A stretch of 64,000 bases of DNA, from assembly GCA_036172245.1 (NCBI GenBank), contig JAYWIR010000009.1:1116001-1180000 (forward strand), in the 5' to 3' direction. This document shows, piece after piece, positions 26,626 through 39,830 of the stretch. The translations under genes were made by a program, and so were the position numbers. The stretch comes from Raillietiella orientalis. Taxonomy: Eukaryota. The first letter of the stretch is position 1. Every line of letters starts with the position of its first letter. The notes beneath the pieces were generated by a model. It worked only from the letters and a program-made list of their open reading frames with translations, was not told where the DNA came from and did no database searches.

Positions 26626-27499
26626 ACGAGGTTCAGTGGTTACGGTTTTTCACCAGCCTTTGGGTTCTAGGGGAAACTGGCCGTTTGTCGCAACCGCAAG
26701 GGATTTCTCCAACCTTGAGAAATGGGATGCTCCCCTCATTTCCTGTGAACAAATGCACCAGAGCCTCATCAGGGGTCGAGACAGAGACCTTCTTCGTGCT
26801 TCTGGTCCCGAACCTCACTCTGGAACTCAGAGACTCGAGGCGAAACTCAGCGTTGCATCCTCTGCGATCACTGAAGGTCTGTCGATGAGCGCCGAACGCC
26901 CGTAGAGGACTCTTTCTTTCAAACGCAGAAACATAGGGCTCAGTAAGTTTTCGGGATGCAGTTGTGCTCTAATCCGAACCAACCTCGAGCCCCAGGTCTT
27001 GAGGACTGATTGGAGAGCAAAGGCGATTCCCGAGTCCTTTCCTTCGAATCCTGACCTGTTGTTCTCATCGCCATTTCGCCTGTTCTTAGTGTACAAGACG
27101 TGACCGAGGTGTTCGAAAACTTCGGGGAGAAGATGAAAGTCCAAGAAGATGCACGCGAGAGGTTACAAGCGGGAGAGGCGGGGGAAAGCAGCTGAGTCGC
27201 CGAAAGCTTCTGGAGGAAGCCCGTCTTGGAAATGAAAGGGAGTTCTCACTTTGATATCAGTCGGTGGAGAGCTGGCGGAGTGCCGAGCACCAACAGACGG
27301 CAGTGCCTTCTGGAGTTGGCCGTGGTGCAGCCCACTTCTGGTGTCGCCCTCCAAAACACAGCTGCTTATGGACATTTTGCTAGGCCGAGCGTCGAGCCCC
27401 GCTGAGGAACTTCGTATCAAGCAATGGCTGCTGGAGAGCTATTAGTATCGCTCTGCTTGATCAGAACGGAGCTAACATGACCTCGCAGCCGTGGCGAGG

Positions 27500-28700
27500 T
27501 AAACAAGAGACCATTCTTCAGCGTGAATCATTTCCCAGGATTCAAAAGACTCAAAGCAAGCACTGAGAAGACTCGTCACTTTGTTGCCAAGGAAACCAAA
27601 GCGGATGCGGTCCTTGAGACACTTTCCATATCCTATCAGCAGCCGTCCTCTAGTGGATGGAGATGAGACATTTGTTTCTGAAGGAGTTCAGCTACGAGCT
27701 TGGAGGTAGCCAGCTGTGAAGCTTTAACTCCAAGGGGAGGTTGACTCCAAGGGCACTATGAGTGCAAGATGCAATCGATAAGAAATCAGCTTATATAATG
27801 CGTCAAATTGCCAAGTAGCATATCTTGTCTCCGAGGAAATGCAATGAATTATTTGTCGGGAATGTACTCGAAGTAACGCGATGAAAGCATCTTCTCGTGA
27901 GTGATAGGCAGAAGGAGTTCCTCCGTGGATGAGGAACCTCGTCTTCAGCAGTATGGCATCAAAACATGATAGTGAGGATAACGGTAGCTTGCTAATTGCT
28001 CTTATGGACGCAAAAAAAAATAAAATAAAATGGAAAAAATGAATCTGATAATACTGCCTGATTTTAGAGGCCTCAGGTGTCGCATTTCTGCTTGATCAAT
28101 CTGCGGCGGATTTAAAGAATGGACCGTATTGAGCTTCCCACTTCTTGACCGTTCGAGATTCGAAGGTGTGATGAGAAGAAAAGCAGTTGCTTGGAGCTCA
28201 CGATAAACGATGAGCATGCCTGGCCAGCTGCTGAACAGAGAAGCAGCGATCTTTTAAAGATAACTTGACAGAAGGCGAAGCAATCTCCATAGTGAATTGA
28301 AATTGAAATCGGTTTAGGGATCTTGAGCACCTCATCGTTCAGGAGGCTGAAGCAGCAGACTGTCGAGGAAACTGTAAATGCGCTGGCAGAAGCGTTCTTG
28401 TAGAATGTCAGCGAAGGAGTTGCGTTCGACGTTGCCTGGATACGAAACCCTGGATAGGCAGTAACTGGTCCATCGAGTTGGGAATGGGGATCGAGGTAAC
28501 CTTCGAGAGATGGTTTGCGATAACTTGGTTAGGGGACCGTGAATTGGTGATTGGCAACAAAATGGATGTGAAATGGGTCCAATCTGAAAGCACAGAGATT
28601 GACGATTGCAGAGGGGAGAAGGCGGGGAATGCCTTTTACCCGTTACTACGGGGCTGTTTGCCAAAAAATAAATAAGCAAAGTGGGAACTGGGTTCCTACC
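27500..28700 (-). mobile_element. Gypsy RT fragment
   Basis: IPIPNSMDQLL / SFADILQERFCQ resemble xPLPxIDxLL...FSxLDLxxAYxQ. Confidence 0.4.
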
Positions 28701-29099
28701 AGCCCCTTCATGGTAAGAAAGGGATGTTGATCGACGTGCGACCTGTCCGGAGAAAGAGGTCTTGATGGGGGAGGAACAAGAAGTAAACGAAAAGGAATGA
28801 GTGGACGGGAAGAGTCATAGGGCTCTGGCTCTTCTGGTCACACATCACGACTTTTCCTTCCTCTCCGGCTTTCGAGTGGCAGAGCCACACGAAAGACGCC
28901 GCCACGGCTACTCAAACGTCCTCCGGGCCGATCTCTAGCGGCGACATCATGGTCGCGAAAGGGGAGCGAGACGAGAGTGCCCCAGCACGATGCGAGATAT
29001 GACCTCTCTTCGCTTACGGAGTCTCTCGAGGCCATCCTGTCACTCTCCGAAGCTTGGAGATAGCCAGGGAGAAGACGTCCTCTCTGTTCCCCGTATCCT

Positions 29100-29520
29100 T
29101 CCTCCTCCTCGTGCTTGTAAAGGCGCCTCGTCGCGAGACGGACGACTTAGGAGCCGCGCGCGCAGCACAGGACCGTGGCTTCCGCAGGGCGAATGGAAGT
29201 CCACCCCGGAAGGAGAAACCCCGCGCGAGGATGTCATTCGTCTGGGAAGATTTCCAAACCAACCTGCAGTTTCCCAGAGGAGAAGGGACCGATTCTTCGA
29301 CCACGCCTTCGTGGGATCGACGGAGACTTTCCGTCGTGGGATGGAGGCTCCTTCCGCACACGATCTCCGGCACAGGGAGCGTACTATCGCCTGCTGCATG
29401 CTGATGGGAAGCATGATGCTGCTGCTTTCCGGACGCGATCGAGGAACCGGCGAATGCTGTTGGGCGAATGCCGACGGTTCCGCCCGGAGCGTGAGCTCGT
29501 AGTGGCCGCGCGTCGGCCAG
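29100..29520 (-). mobile_element. Gypsy (Mag-like) gag fragment
   Basis: AAGDSTL...LHPTTES...LRKPRSC follows the LLxxxG...PxxPxxxS...LRxLAxxC gag pattern. Confidence 0.35.
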
Positions 29521-30299
29521 CTCGATGGCCACCGCCGTTCATCCACCGAAGAGATGGAAGTCCCTCACGCCGTTGGAACAGAAAAAGTGTGCCCTCCTGC
29601 GCTAGTGCGCATCCTCCTGTGACCCGTATGGCTTCCTTATGAAGTTCGCCCAGCCGCTGTTGTTGAGAGAGAAACTGAACAGGGGGAAATGGATCGTGCC
29701 GGCGGCTCCTAACGGAGACGAAAAGCCTACGAAGAGAAATCGTGCTTCGTAAGCTGTAAGGCGCGGTCTTCTTAATGGGCTGCAGTGCAATCGAAGGTGA
29801 TGAACCAATCTAGTACAGCGCCACACGGAAGACGTCGCTAGGGCTTCTCGGCCGTCCCTCGAGTCGGCCTCTAGCAGCGACATCGTGGTCACAGAAGGGA
29901 AGCGAGACATGAGCGGTGTATGCCTGAGGGCGGCCGAGATATTCCCAAGGAGGAGGAGGAGAAGAACAAGCGGTGGAGGTGCGCCTTGGGCGTTTCCCGG
30001 GAAACGCGTCAAGTGGGGCTCGCCTCCGAGGCACAACAGCATCTTCGCCACGTGCCAGCCAGGTAGGCAACCTCTTCTGAGAGAAGAGAACAGACGGATC
30101 TTCCCTCCGAGAGGCTATCATTCTCTTGTCTGCATCTCTGCTTTCTACTGGACGAACAAAGAGGACTCGGAGCAAAGAAGAAATAGAGTTCAGAAATAGA
30201 TGGCAGGGGTAGAAATAGAGTTCTTTCCGCTCCGCAGACGTGGCCAGCTGTCGTCGAACCCTTGGAACTGGCGATCGGCTTCTCTTCGACTCTCCCCCC

Positions 30300-31900
30300 C
30301 TTCCTCTTCAGACACTGGGAAAAGTCCTTCGCTACCTAAAGCTTCCCATGTTACATATTTCCCTTCCTTTCCTTTTCCTCCCACTACCATCTGCAACCGC
30401 CTTATCACGCCGAGTCAAAGGAGGAGCAAGAGAGGGCCACCACCGGCATCCACCCTTCCGGTCTTTGGCATGCGCTGCGGCACCCTGCTGGCGTCCCACT
30501 TCAGTGGCACTTCTTGCCGAAGACCCGACTGCCATAGCAATCCGTTTCCAGGTGAGTTTGCCATCACGTCTCAAGAGTCTCGGGTCAGTGTCCGTGAAAA
30601 AGCACTCTAGGACATCCAGCACTCCGGATGGGGACTCGATCCCGGAAAGATGGATCCCCCAGAGGATCCGGACGACAAGGTGAACCGGGGAGCGGAGGTG
30701 GCGCACGTTCGGAATGGTGCGGGGTGGCCAGCGGTGAGGAACGAGGTAGTGAAAGAAGGTGGAAGGGATCTGGCGGGAGAGAGCTCCTGGCGCCGGACCT
30801 CCAGGTGTGCGGAGCGATCCCTCTATCGGCGGCTCGGGAATCCGGGACTGCTCCTTTCCCGCCGGCATCTCGAAGGAGTGGATTCGAGAGTTCGCCTTTC
30901 CTCAATTCTTAGGACTCGAGTCATGGCATGGACACTTCCGGACGGAATCTCATTAGGATCCAGCGGCTGCGCGTGGAAGTTCCGGGAAGATACACGCGCG
31001 CGCGCGAGGCTTCGATCGGCGAATCTCTCCCGGATCTTCGGTCCCTCCCCCCCAGCAAGATATGGGTGAGCGCACCATACCGCCGCCATCCTTGGTTCCT
31101 CTTCATGACTCCGGTGACCCAGGGTCATTCTGTAGGAGTGGTTCTTTCCAGCTTTTGCAATTCCCGCCAGGTGTTCGGTAGCTCCAAGCCAGGATCCAAA
31201 CTGCCTGTCCTTTGCAGACCCGCTGAGTCTCCTTCCGGCTTTCCAGTCTCGATTCCTGCCGGAAAGAAGGCGATGGCACCATGGAGTCGTGCGAGATTCG
31301 AGGTCTCCCTCCATTCTGGCAGCCCATTCGGGATCCCTGCTTCCACGTCGCTCTTTCAGCGACCCATGCACCACGAAGATGACGCCTTCCTCCTCCTCTT
31401 GCTGAGGACGAGGCTGATTTCCCTGCTTTCCGAGGATCCTGGTGGTGAGCGGCACGAACTCCTGACCTCGCTGGCGATTCTCCACAACTCAGCTTGCTGC
31501 ATGGCGGAGAAAGACGTCATGAAACCATGGAGACCAGGACCAGCAGGCGTGGACGAAGCAGAGCAGTTCCCTGCAGTGTTCTTCGGATGCAGAGAAGCTT
31601 CCACTAAACCCTTTGAGCTGCTCCTCCTCGCACTAAGCTGTAGGAGCACGTAGGATCCGCAAAGGGGAGAAAGGAGGAGAAACATCTACCTCCCCGGACC
31701 TGAGGCGCAGCTTCGCTCCGTGGCTCCGGAGTTCGCTCCGTGGGGAACCAGGGAGCCAGAAGAGCACCGTTTTGTGTTGTGCTGCGACCTGGATGGGAGA
31801 GAGGGAGAAAGCACGGAGCTTTTTGTACGAGTGGAAGGAATCTTCGCAGGATTCACCACCCATCGGAGCAGTTGTCTGATGCGAGCGAGCACCCCGAAGT
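30300..31900 (-). mobile_element. Decayed L1/Tx1-like LINE ORF2 (endonuclease end, linker, RT)
   Basis: In order on the minus strand: GPGLHGF (~GPGxWKLN), GSRDPEWAARMEGDLESRTTPW (~RSRxxWxxEGExxT), PLDPNEI (~PITxxEI), GGPAPGALSRQIPSTFF (~GVRQGxPLSPxLF). Confidence 0.45.
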
Positions 31901-31999
31901 CGCGTGGGGGTCGGTGAGCCAGCATACCATCCCAGCGTCCAGAAGTTGGTTCGTTCCGGCGATGAGGCGCCCATCCGGCTGGAAACTGCCGTTCCTCTC

Positions 32000-32390
32000 C
32001 CTCAAAGAAGGGTTTCTTTCCAGATTTCCTTCGGAGAAGAAACAATGGAGAGGCTTCCTTCAGGGGTCCCTCCGGAGAGAATAAGGAAGAGTTTCCGCCT
32101 TCGGGGTTTCCTTCGGAGACAACCAGGGTGGGAGAAAGGTTCTCTTCGGTATTGCCTCCCAGGCGTGAGAGCAACGGACTCCGTTTCCTCCAGAGCCCTT
32201 CCTGGATTCATAGGGTGATCCCCTCCTGGGGTATTCCCTTTCTTGAAGAGTTAACACTTATCTTGTGGTGGGGTGGAACAGCGTTAAAAAGCTGCGTGTC
32301 CCGCTAGGCACGCGGCGGTTCTTGAAGTACTCGGCAAATCAAAAAAAAAAAAAATCTGGAAGGAAAAGAACGACGACAGAAAAGACTTCC
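32000..32390 (+). mobile_element. Family A copy 5, 5'-truncated, opposite orientation
   Basis: ccttcctggattcatagggtg...gtggaacagcgttaaaaagctgcgtg...ttcttgaagtact...ctggaaggaaaagaacgacgacagaaa is the reverse complement of the copy 4 sequence. Confidence 0.7.
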
Positions 32391-32859
32391 TATTCATTCC
32401 AAAAGATTTCTGTCATCAACCTCTTCGGACGATCTTCTGCCTCCCCCAAAACGAAAACGCTTGGCAGCAGGCGGCGCTGGAGTCCAGGGTGTCACTCTGA
32501 GTGCGCTGCAGAAACTCCCATGCAAACCACAGGGAGATCTCCTGCAGGAACTGGACACAGTGGCCCCTGATAGCCGTCACAATTCTTGCTACAGCACTGT
32601 CTGCTCTCAGGGCAAACTATGGCAGCAGCCAGGAGGAGGGGTGGAAGTCATCGCACACAATTGCAAGAGTTGAGGAAATCCCTGAAGGCTGCAAAAAAAA
32701 AAAATAACTTGGATGGAAAATACAGAATGGAACCCCAAAGGATTTCCATCTTCCTCGAGAGAGGAGCTGTTCTGCGACTTGGAGGTCGGAGACGCTGTTT
32801 CTTTGGGATCCCACCGGACCTCCTCCAGGAAGATGCTGCTCAGGCGCAAGGCGAAATGA

Positions 32860-34175
32860 ACTGACCCTGAGAAGGTCCTCACGACCCCGGTTCAGGAGAT
32901 TGTATCCTTCTCTGTCTCCATGAGTTGCAACTCAAGGGATGGCGAGAAATCCATTGGATACTTTTCCAAAAGATAGGCCACTTCAGCGGAAAACCAAGTG
33001 ACCTCTGAGGACCCGAGTCTTGCAAGCCTCGCGCGCCGTCGGCGCAGCCTCTCTAACTGCGGACTACAGCTTCGGCGCGTGCCCACTCTCACCAGAAAGA
33101 ACAGCTGGATCTCGTGCCACCCCGCGAATGGTGGTGCTTGGTTGCGGGAAACCGTCCACACGTGGGCGGAGCACAACGAGTCATGCTCGGAACGGACTCA
33201 GCGTTTGCTGAGCTGTTTCTATAACAACGGCTACCTCCGGGAGATTCTGAAACACCCTCTGAGGAGTGCGTGGGCAAGACTAACAACGTATCTTGCCGCA
33301 GCGCTGCACCCCTTGAGGAACATTGGAGCAGCAGCAGCCTTGTGGCTAGATGGGAGGTTAGTGTGGAGATCTCTGCCAGAAGGAAGAGACTGCACGAAGG
33401 ACGACGGGCCAGCTTACGGACGCTGTGACCCGGATGTCACAGCGTCCTCAAAGTCCTCATGGACTTTTGAGCTAGGGCGAGCTACTGGATATTCCGGAGG
33501 AATACCTGCAGTGGACCCCACTGCTCTTGGACAGACGCACACCTTCCCGTTAATAGTGGCAGGAGTCGGCGTTCGAGATGCCGAATTGAGGTCTCCCGTG
33601 CAACGCCTGCCGGCATCACTAAACCCGGGAGAAAGTTAGACCCTAAGTGAGCAAAATGTGAGGAACGTGGATCCCTCCCTCACCTGCTTGTGAACTGTGT
33701 TGCCCTCCGGCACCTCTGGGAGCGCTTTGCCGCCACCCTACGAACCCCCGAAGGTAACTCCCGGGAATCATCAAGACCCCTCTTCGCACACGATGCTCTT
33801 CGGCAGGCAGCTCTTTGCTGCCTATACGGGATCATTACTGCCCGGAGAGACGCAAGAGGGGGACTGATAGAGAGAGATGCCATCCACTTCGCCGTCCGCT
33901 TCATGAGGATGACCCCGCCTAGAAAAAAACATTCAGAAAGAGCTTACCACCATCCTCGAAAGGATTCATAGGATCTTTCCCAGCAGAACGTGACCCCTTT
34001 GCACACCCCTCCAAAGTTTATCTATTTTTTATTTTTGTTTATCCCCTCCCCTCTGCTGCCGTGGTGGACCGTACCTGTGAACCATTAACGCGGAAGGCTA
34101 AGTATGAAAAGGACGTGGTTGGACGGTTGTACAACCACAAAGATTGTAGATGTTTGTTTATTTATAAATAAACGC
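32860..34175 (+). mobile_element. L1/Tx1-like LINE 3' portion with zf-RVT-like motif and 3' UTR
   Basis: HPANGGAWL (~PxxxGGLGL) and KCEERGSLPHLLVNCVALRHLW (C..ExxxHLLxxC..W). It ends near an AATAAA at ~34167. Confidence 0.55.
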
Positions 34176-35545
34176 TCCGGCTCACCCGGGTGATAGCCCG
34201 AGTCTTGCAACCCTTTGCAGCCCGGTCCAACTCCTCAGGAAGTCGCCCTCTGGAAGGCGCCGTCGCTGTGTCTGAATCCAGACTTCTAGAGACAACTTTC
34301 CGAAGTGTAGATGCGGATACATCCTCTTCAGGATGAAGATACCCCGTCTGGTACCGAGGCGCAGGACGACAATGCCTTCGAGGATGACTGCTGGCCTCTT
34401 TCGAAAGATCGTCGTCGCTTCACCTCTTCTGGCAGGTGGCGGAGGGGGAGACGGGAGTGGTCCGAAGGCGGGAGATGGAGGATGGACAAAGGTCAGGGAG
34501 CTCCGAGAGAGACCTTCGTGCCGGAAGTAGATCTGTTCGAGTGTAGGAGGGAATTCTCTAGCATCATTTCAGAGCAGGCTGCCAATCGAATGCATCCGGA
34601 GGAACTGGACTCGAAGGAAGAGGACAAGAAAGCGCGGAACCCGAGAAAGGCAAGTGGGAACGGAGGCAATCAGCTCGTCGCCCTCCTCCCTCCTCAGTGG
34701 CTCCCTTTAATTCCGGAAACGCCGGTTCATTCCTTCTCTCAATCAATCAATGACACGGGTGGAGGAGAACGGCGCCATATTGCGGAACGCGAGGAGCTGA
34801 CCGATCCTGTGGTGGCGGCACGTGAGGGTGGAGGATGGGGAAAGAGGAAGCAGCTAAGTTAATAAGTGAGGTACGACCCCTCCTCGGGAGCGGTCCCGAA
34901 AGCCCGCTTCGAGAAGAAGGGAATTGGACCGTCTCCCCCGGCGCGCGTTTTCGGTAATCCCTCCTCCAGTTACTGCGGCAACCTGCCCTAGCAGCACCGC
35001 TATCCCACTTCCCATGACGACGGATGTGGCGGATAAGGGAGGCAAGCGTTCAGAGCAGTGGTTCATGAGGCACGTCACTGGCAGGCTCTTGCGAGGTAAA
35101 AAACCCATCCCCTAGCAAGAGGAAGAACCCGAAACATCAAAGAGGTTTTTCAGGGTAATCCAAGCGAACCTCTCTGCCTCTTTGGAGTCCGGAAAGCGTC
35201 TCTGGACGAGGCTTCGTCATTCATCCCACGGTGGACAGGACCCTGATCCTGAGGATCAGTTTTTACGCTGCAGGAGAATTCATCCTATCTTCTCATCGTA
35301 GTTGCAGGAGGGAACCTAGGACACCCTGGGAAGCCTGCAAGAGGTCGTGCGACTCGCCCCAGAGCTACTGCCAGAACACTGGACGCTCTGGAATTCTTCC
35401 ACTATCGGCTGGCAGGAGACTTTTCAGAGAAAGGTGGGGACCGGTTACCAGGAGCTCGGGACAAGATGCGAGGAGAGAAGGTACGGAAAGGGTTGCGGAG
35501 TCTGAGAAAGTGACTGGCAGTGGTCCTTTTCTCAAGAGGATTCGT

Positions 35546-36205
35546 TCATGAAGCTCTTGGACATCGCCCGCGCAACCCGAAGGGGCGCATCACTCTTCAA
35601 GCTAGATAGGGTAACCCCAGAGGGACCACCCTATGAATTCAGGAAGGCTCCGGAGGAAAGAGACCGTTCCTCTTACGCTCGGGAGGAAACCCCGAAGGGA
35701 GCCTCTTTCTTATTCTCTCCTAAGGGAACCAGGGAAGAAACCGATCCTGAATTTCTTCCCCTGAGGGACTCCCAGAAAGGATCAGCTCCTTGTTTCCTCC
35801 TCTTCGGAAGAGAACCCCGAAGAAAGGCTTCCAAATTTTCCTGAAGGATGCTTCCCGGAGGGAGCAGCGCACTTTTTGACACTGGAGACAACTCCCCGAG
35901 GGGGATATCAATCAGCTCCATGGTACGCGATGGAGCATCTCTTCGAGAGGAGGGGGTGCTCCTTGGTTCCTGGAAGGACCTTGTAGGGTCAAATTCTAAT
36001 CCTGGCCAGTCAACTGGGCATCTGGTGTTTCCGGCTTCCACAAGTATCGCATCTAAAGCCTGCAGGCCACTCAGCATCATCTTGTGGGATGAACTCGAAA
36101 CCCACGATGCATCCCATTTCTTAACATTGACACTTCTCCGGGAAGGATTCGAACCTGCAGCGCTTGGTGCCATGCGCGCGTAGCCACACGGGCGTCAACG
36201 CGGGC
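35546..36205 (-). mobile_element. Family A copy 6
   Basis: Ends in ggaaggattcgaacctgcagcgcttggtgcca...caacgcgggc, the same 5' boundary (GCCCGCGTTG on the minus strand) as copy 1. Confidence 0.75.
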
Positions 36206-36209
36206 CTGT

Positions 36210-38300
36210 GGTAGGTCGCTCTTCCAGATCGCATCCCCAATCGCTCACAGGTTCACGATTTGGTTCCCGCAGCGGTGGGCAGGTATGAAGAGGGCTCCGC
36301 TGCCTCCGTCTCTAATGAGATTTCCCTCGGGTTCTTCTTTGTTATTCTTTGGTTCTTCTTTGGACCACGCATAGTTACTGTGGTTTTCTCCACGGTTTGC
36401 GTGTCCTACCAGTGTGATGTCTCGCTGGCTGTTCGCGGCTGCTATGCAGCCGCATTTCGTGGAAAGGTCCACTGGTGGTGAACGGTTCGCACTCCCCAAT
36501 GGTCGGTCCAGGCTTTCGAAATATCCAAAGCTGCTTCTCCCGGTGAACAGGAAGGAAGCAAGAAGTCACCGAGGCCCCATCCAGATTTCTTTACTGCGAG
36601 GTACCATCTTGAGATGGTGAGTCCTCACCGGTGATCTGCTTTCTTCCCACATGGGATCCATGTCCGCCTGCCTTCCAGGCTTGCCGATTGGGGCTGACAT
36701 CAGGCCACTGCGAGGTTGTTCAACGACTTCGGAAGGTTTCCATGAGCCACAGGCGGTCGCCTGTCCCCATGCTCGGCGAGTTCAACGTGCCATCTCGTGT
36801 TCGTGCCCTCCATGGCCGTTCCAGAGACTTCATTCCTATCCGGTCGCCTTCTCCCGGGCGGCACAGCAGTTTGAGCCTCAATCCGCGGTTCCAATTCCTT
36901 TCAGAGAAGTTTCCTTTGAAGTTGTCCGACCTTCGTTTGAGGCTTCTTGTCCATTCGGCCTCCGTAGAGCACGCCGTTCCACAAGTTAGCCTTCCTCTTC
37001 ATGCTGGAGTCGATACGAGAGTACTTTCCTGCCTCTTCTCTTCTGGTTTTACCCAGGACCGCTCTCCAAAGAATCTAGGACACGGAAGCATTTGCCATGG
37101 CAACCTATTGAACGCTGAAATTTGAAAAATTCTTATCCGATCATAAGGGAAAAGTCAGAGAGGCAGGGATGACTCAGCCGCTCCAAAGGCAGAAGAGCAG
37201 ACCATACGAGCAAGAAGCTCCAGGTGCAAAAAATGGGAACAGAAGCGCAAAACAGAACCTTCGAGCAAATCACCTTTTTCTGCCATCGAGATGAGAGCAG
37301 TCAGCTAAGGTGAGGCACCTCCCAGATGCGAACCGAGTCTGGGAATGTGGGACGGAAACCCCCTGATTAGGACGCTATTCACAGAAATGAAGATCTGCGC
37401 GTGATGCGCACTTCGATAGGTCTCGCCTGTTTCGAGGCTCTTCCGCTCCCTTTTTGTGCGTTCCCGAGACCGCGGGACGTCAGGAAGAATAAGGAATTCT
37501 GAGGAATCCTCGACACCCGTTGGCAAAAGTCGGAAGGAAAATGATCGGAAGCAAGGAGCCAGATTCCTGCGTGTACAGTACAATCTCCACGGTGGAAACG
37601 GGACGTCCTGCTGTTTCTGCCCTGGGAGATTTCCGGTGCAACCAGAGCAGGTACCCGGTTTCCTGTGGAGTTGCTGCCTCCCCGAACTTTTCCAGGTGCA
37701 GGGCGGTGGGATCATTCCCACAACTCCTATTGGAGTGCACTGCTCTGGAGGATATTTGGCGGAGAGTTGCCTCGGTGACCTCCACCCCGCCCCGCCCACC
37801 CTCCTCGCTTCGGAATTGCTGCGGCGCTTCTTCTCGCAAGGCGGACTGACGGCGGACAAAGAGGAGGTCGCTTTACCGGAGGAGTCCCTTCGCCCGGGAA
37901 CGAGGAGTGGGATCGCCCACCAACTCGCTCGCCTTGCAGCCGTCGGGAATTTTCTCAACTCCTGTAATGGGATGACTACCACCCTGCCTCCTGGCTGCTG
38001 CCATTATTGGCCTCGAGGACAGACAGTGCTGCGGCAAGGGATGTGAGGCTATACGGGGCCATTGTGTCCAGTCCCTGCAGGAGATCTCCTGGAAGTTTGC
38101 ATAGGAGTTTCCGCAGCGGACGCAGTTCCTCTGAGTACACCTCCAAAGCGGCGACCCAGAACTCCAGCGCCTTCTGCCGCCGGGCGTGCCCGAGTAGGAA
38201 AGAGATGGGTATTCGGGAGGTGCTGCCTCTCAGCCATCGTTCCGAAGATGACAGCGCATGCAAGAGCTTTCACGGTCCGTAACTTTCATCAAATCACTCT
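36210..38300 (-). mobile_element. Gypsy (Mag-like) gag-protease-RT start remnant
   Basis: Gag-like ERQHL...RRQK...ELRPL (38000-38260), degenerate double zinc knuckle CSGCTG...DVP...CTRRN (~37560-37660) and a protease-like RIDSS near 37010. A related gag copy lies inverted at ~32465-32655. Confidence 0.5.
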
Positions 38301-39450
38301 CTCCCTCGATGATACAATTCTCCACTTGAAAGCACTTCCGGAATCCATTGTAGATGCCTCCGACTGTGGAAAATAATGCAGATCCGAAATTCCTTTAAGA
38401 GGTTTAAAAGTTTTCGTCTTCCTGGATTGTGTTGGTCTTTCGGTACGAGAAGGTTGCGAGGTTGAAAAGATAGGAGGAGGGCTCTTAGGCGAAAATTTTC
38501 GCCAGAGGCAACAACTTGAAGAAGAGCTCCGTTGTTGTCTAGGATACACCTAGGGTTTTTGAAAAATTTCTCTTCGCTATTGATCGGGTCGAAGCTTCTC
38601 GGAAAAGGTTCTGGTCGACTATTCAGCCGCTGATGGCAAAAGAACCAAAATCTATCCTGCAACAAAGTCTTCGAATTTTCTGCATTTTCTAATCTTACTC
38701 CGGATATGATCAAAGGATTGACATGTACAGCAAGAAAAAAAAAAAACTGCAAACAACGCCTTCCTACACCGAGGAAATAGCCCAACGGAAAGCCAAACTT
38801 GCCCGTAGTGCCGTCGGCCGATCTGAAGTGCAGTCCACTGCGGCTCCAAAAAGTTGATGTCCATAGAATTCAAAGACCATCAAAAAGAAGAGTTCAGTTG
38901 AGAACACCTCATGATGACTCTCCAGCTCTTGAGGTGAGTGCAAAGCACGTGTTCAGGAAGATAGAGCGGACAGTTGGAATGGAAAGACACCACAGTCGAA
39001 AATGATGGGTCTCTAGGAAGAAGACTGTTTTGTGGAGACACCATGGGTCAGCCATTTAGCTCTCGGCGATGAAACAGCGACCATCTCCAGTTGTCTCAGT
39101 TTGAACGAGAGGATGGTGCGGAATATGTAAGCGATCGCATCGGTGTCCACGATTCCAAGAATTAAAGGAATTTTTCTGTTTCAGAGTGTCGTAATGTACT
39201 GAGGGTTGACCCAAATTTCTGTGATGGCAGACAAAGAGCTGCAGATTGCCCAAAATCCTTGAAACAGGAATGACTTTCTACTGAAGCTACTGATCAACTT
39301 TTCCACGCCTGTTCCCAACATTCGCCTCCGCAGCCCTGAGGTTTCCTTGCGTTTATGCTCCAAGATCGAAGAATGAAGTGAAAGAACCATCGTCATATAA
39401 TGAGGAATGATGCGTGCTCTCTTTCAGTTGCTTCGCGTGTTTCTGGGAGT
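38300..39450 (-). mobile_element. Decayed Gypsy pol (RNase H / integrase)
   Basis: RKALFAVFF (~ExLAVV) and IFHSRRHLQWIPE (~YHPQSNG.E). Confidence 0.3.
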
Positions 39451-39830
39451 GCATGCAAGGGAAACGACCCCATAAACGTCAATTTCCCGCGCGCTTCACA
39501 AGAGGGAAACTCATTGCCGGAAGATCTGCTGTGCATCCTCTGAAGTCAAGATACGAGTCCCGAGTAACTTGATGGGATTGCTTATCTCCTTTTGCACTTT
39601 GAATCACCTTAGTTTGGGGTTTCTTGCCTTCTACTCACCACTTTTTTTGCCTTCTGACCACCACCTTGCTTGCCTTCTAGTCATCATCTGTTTTGAGTTT
39701 CCTGAAACGATTCTGCTTTGTTTATTCCAGTTAACCGATTCCATGGAAACTGCCTCTCTTTCTTGTCTCCCTTTTTTTCAAAAAAAAGGAAATCTGCAAG
39801 CAGTACCTTTTCATCTTTGGGGTAATTCCC

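Noticed and set aside
32465..38182. Large inverted-repeat (foldback) element from the similarity of 32465-32655 and 37972-38182
   Set aside because: Both segments are diverged copies of the same gag region, best explained as independent insertions.
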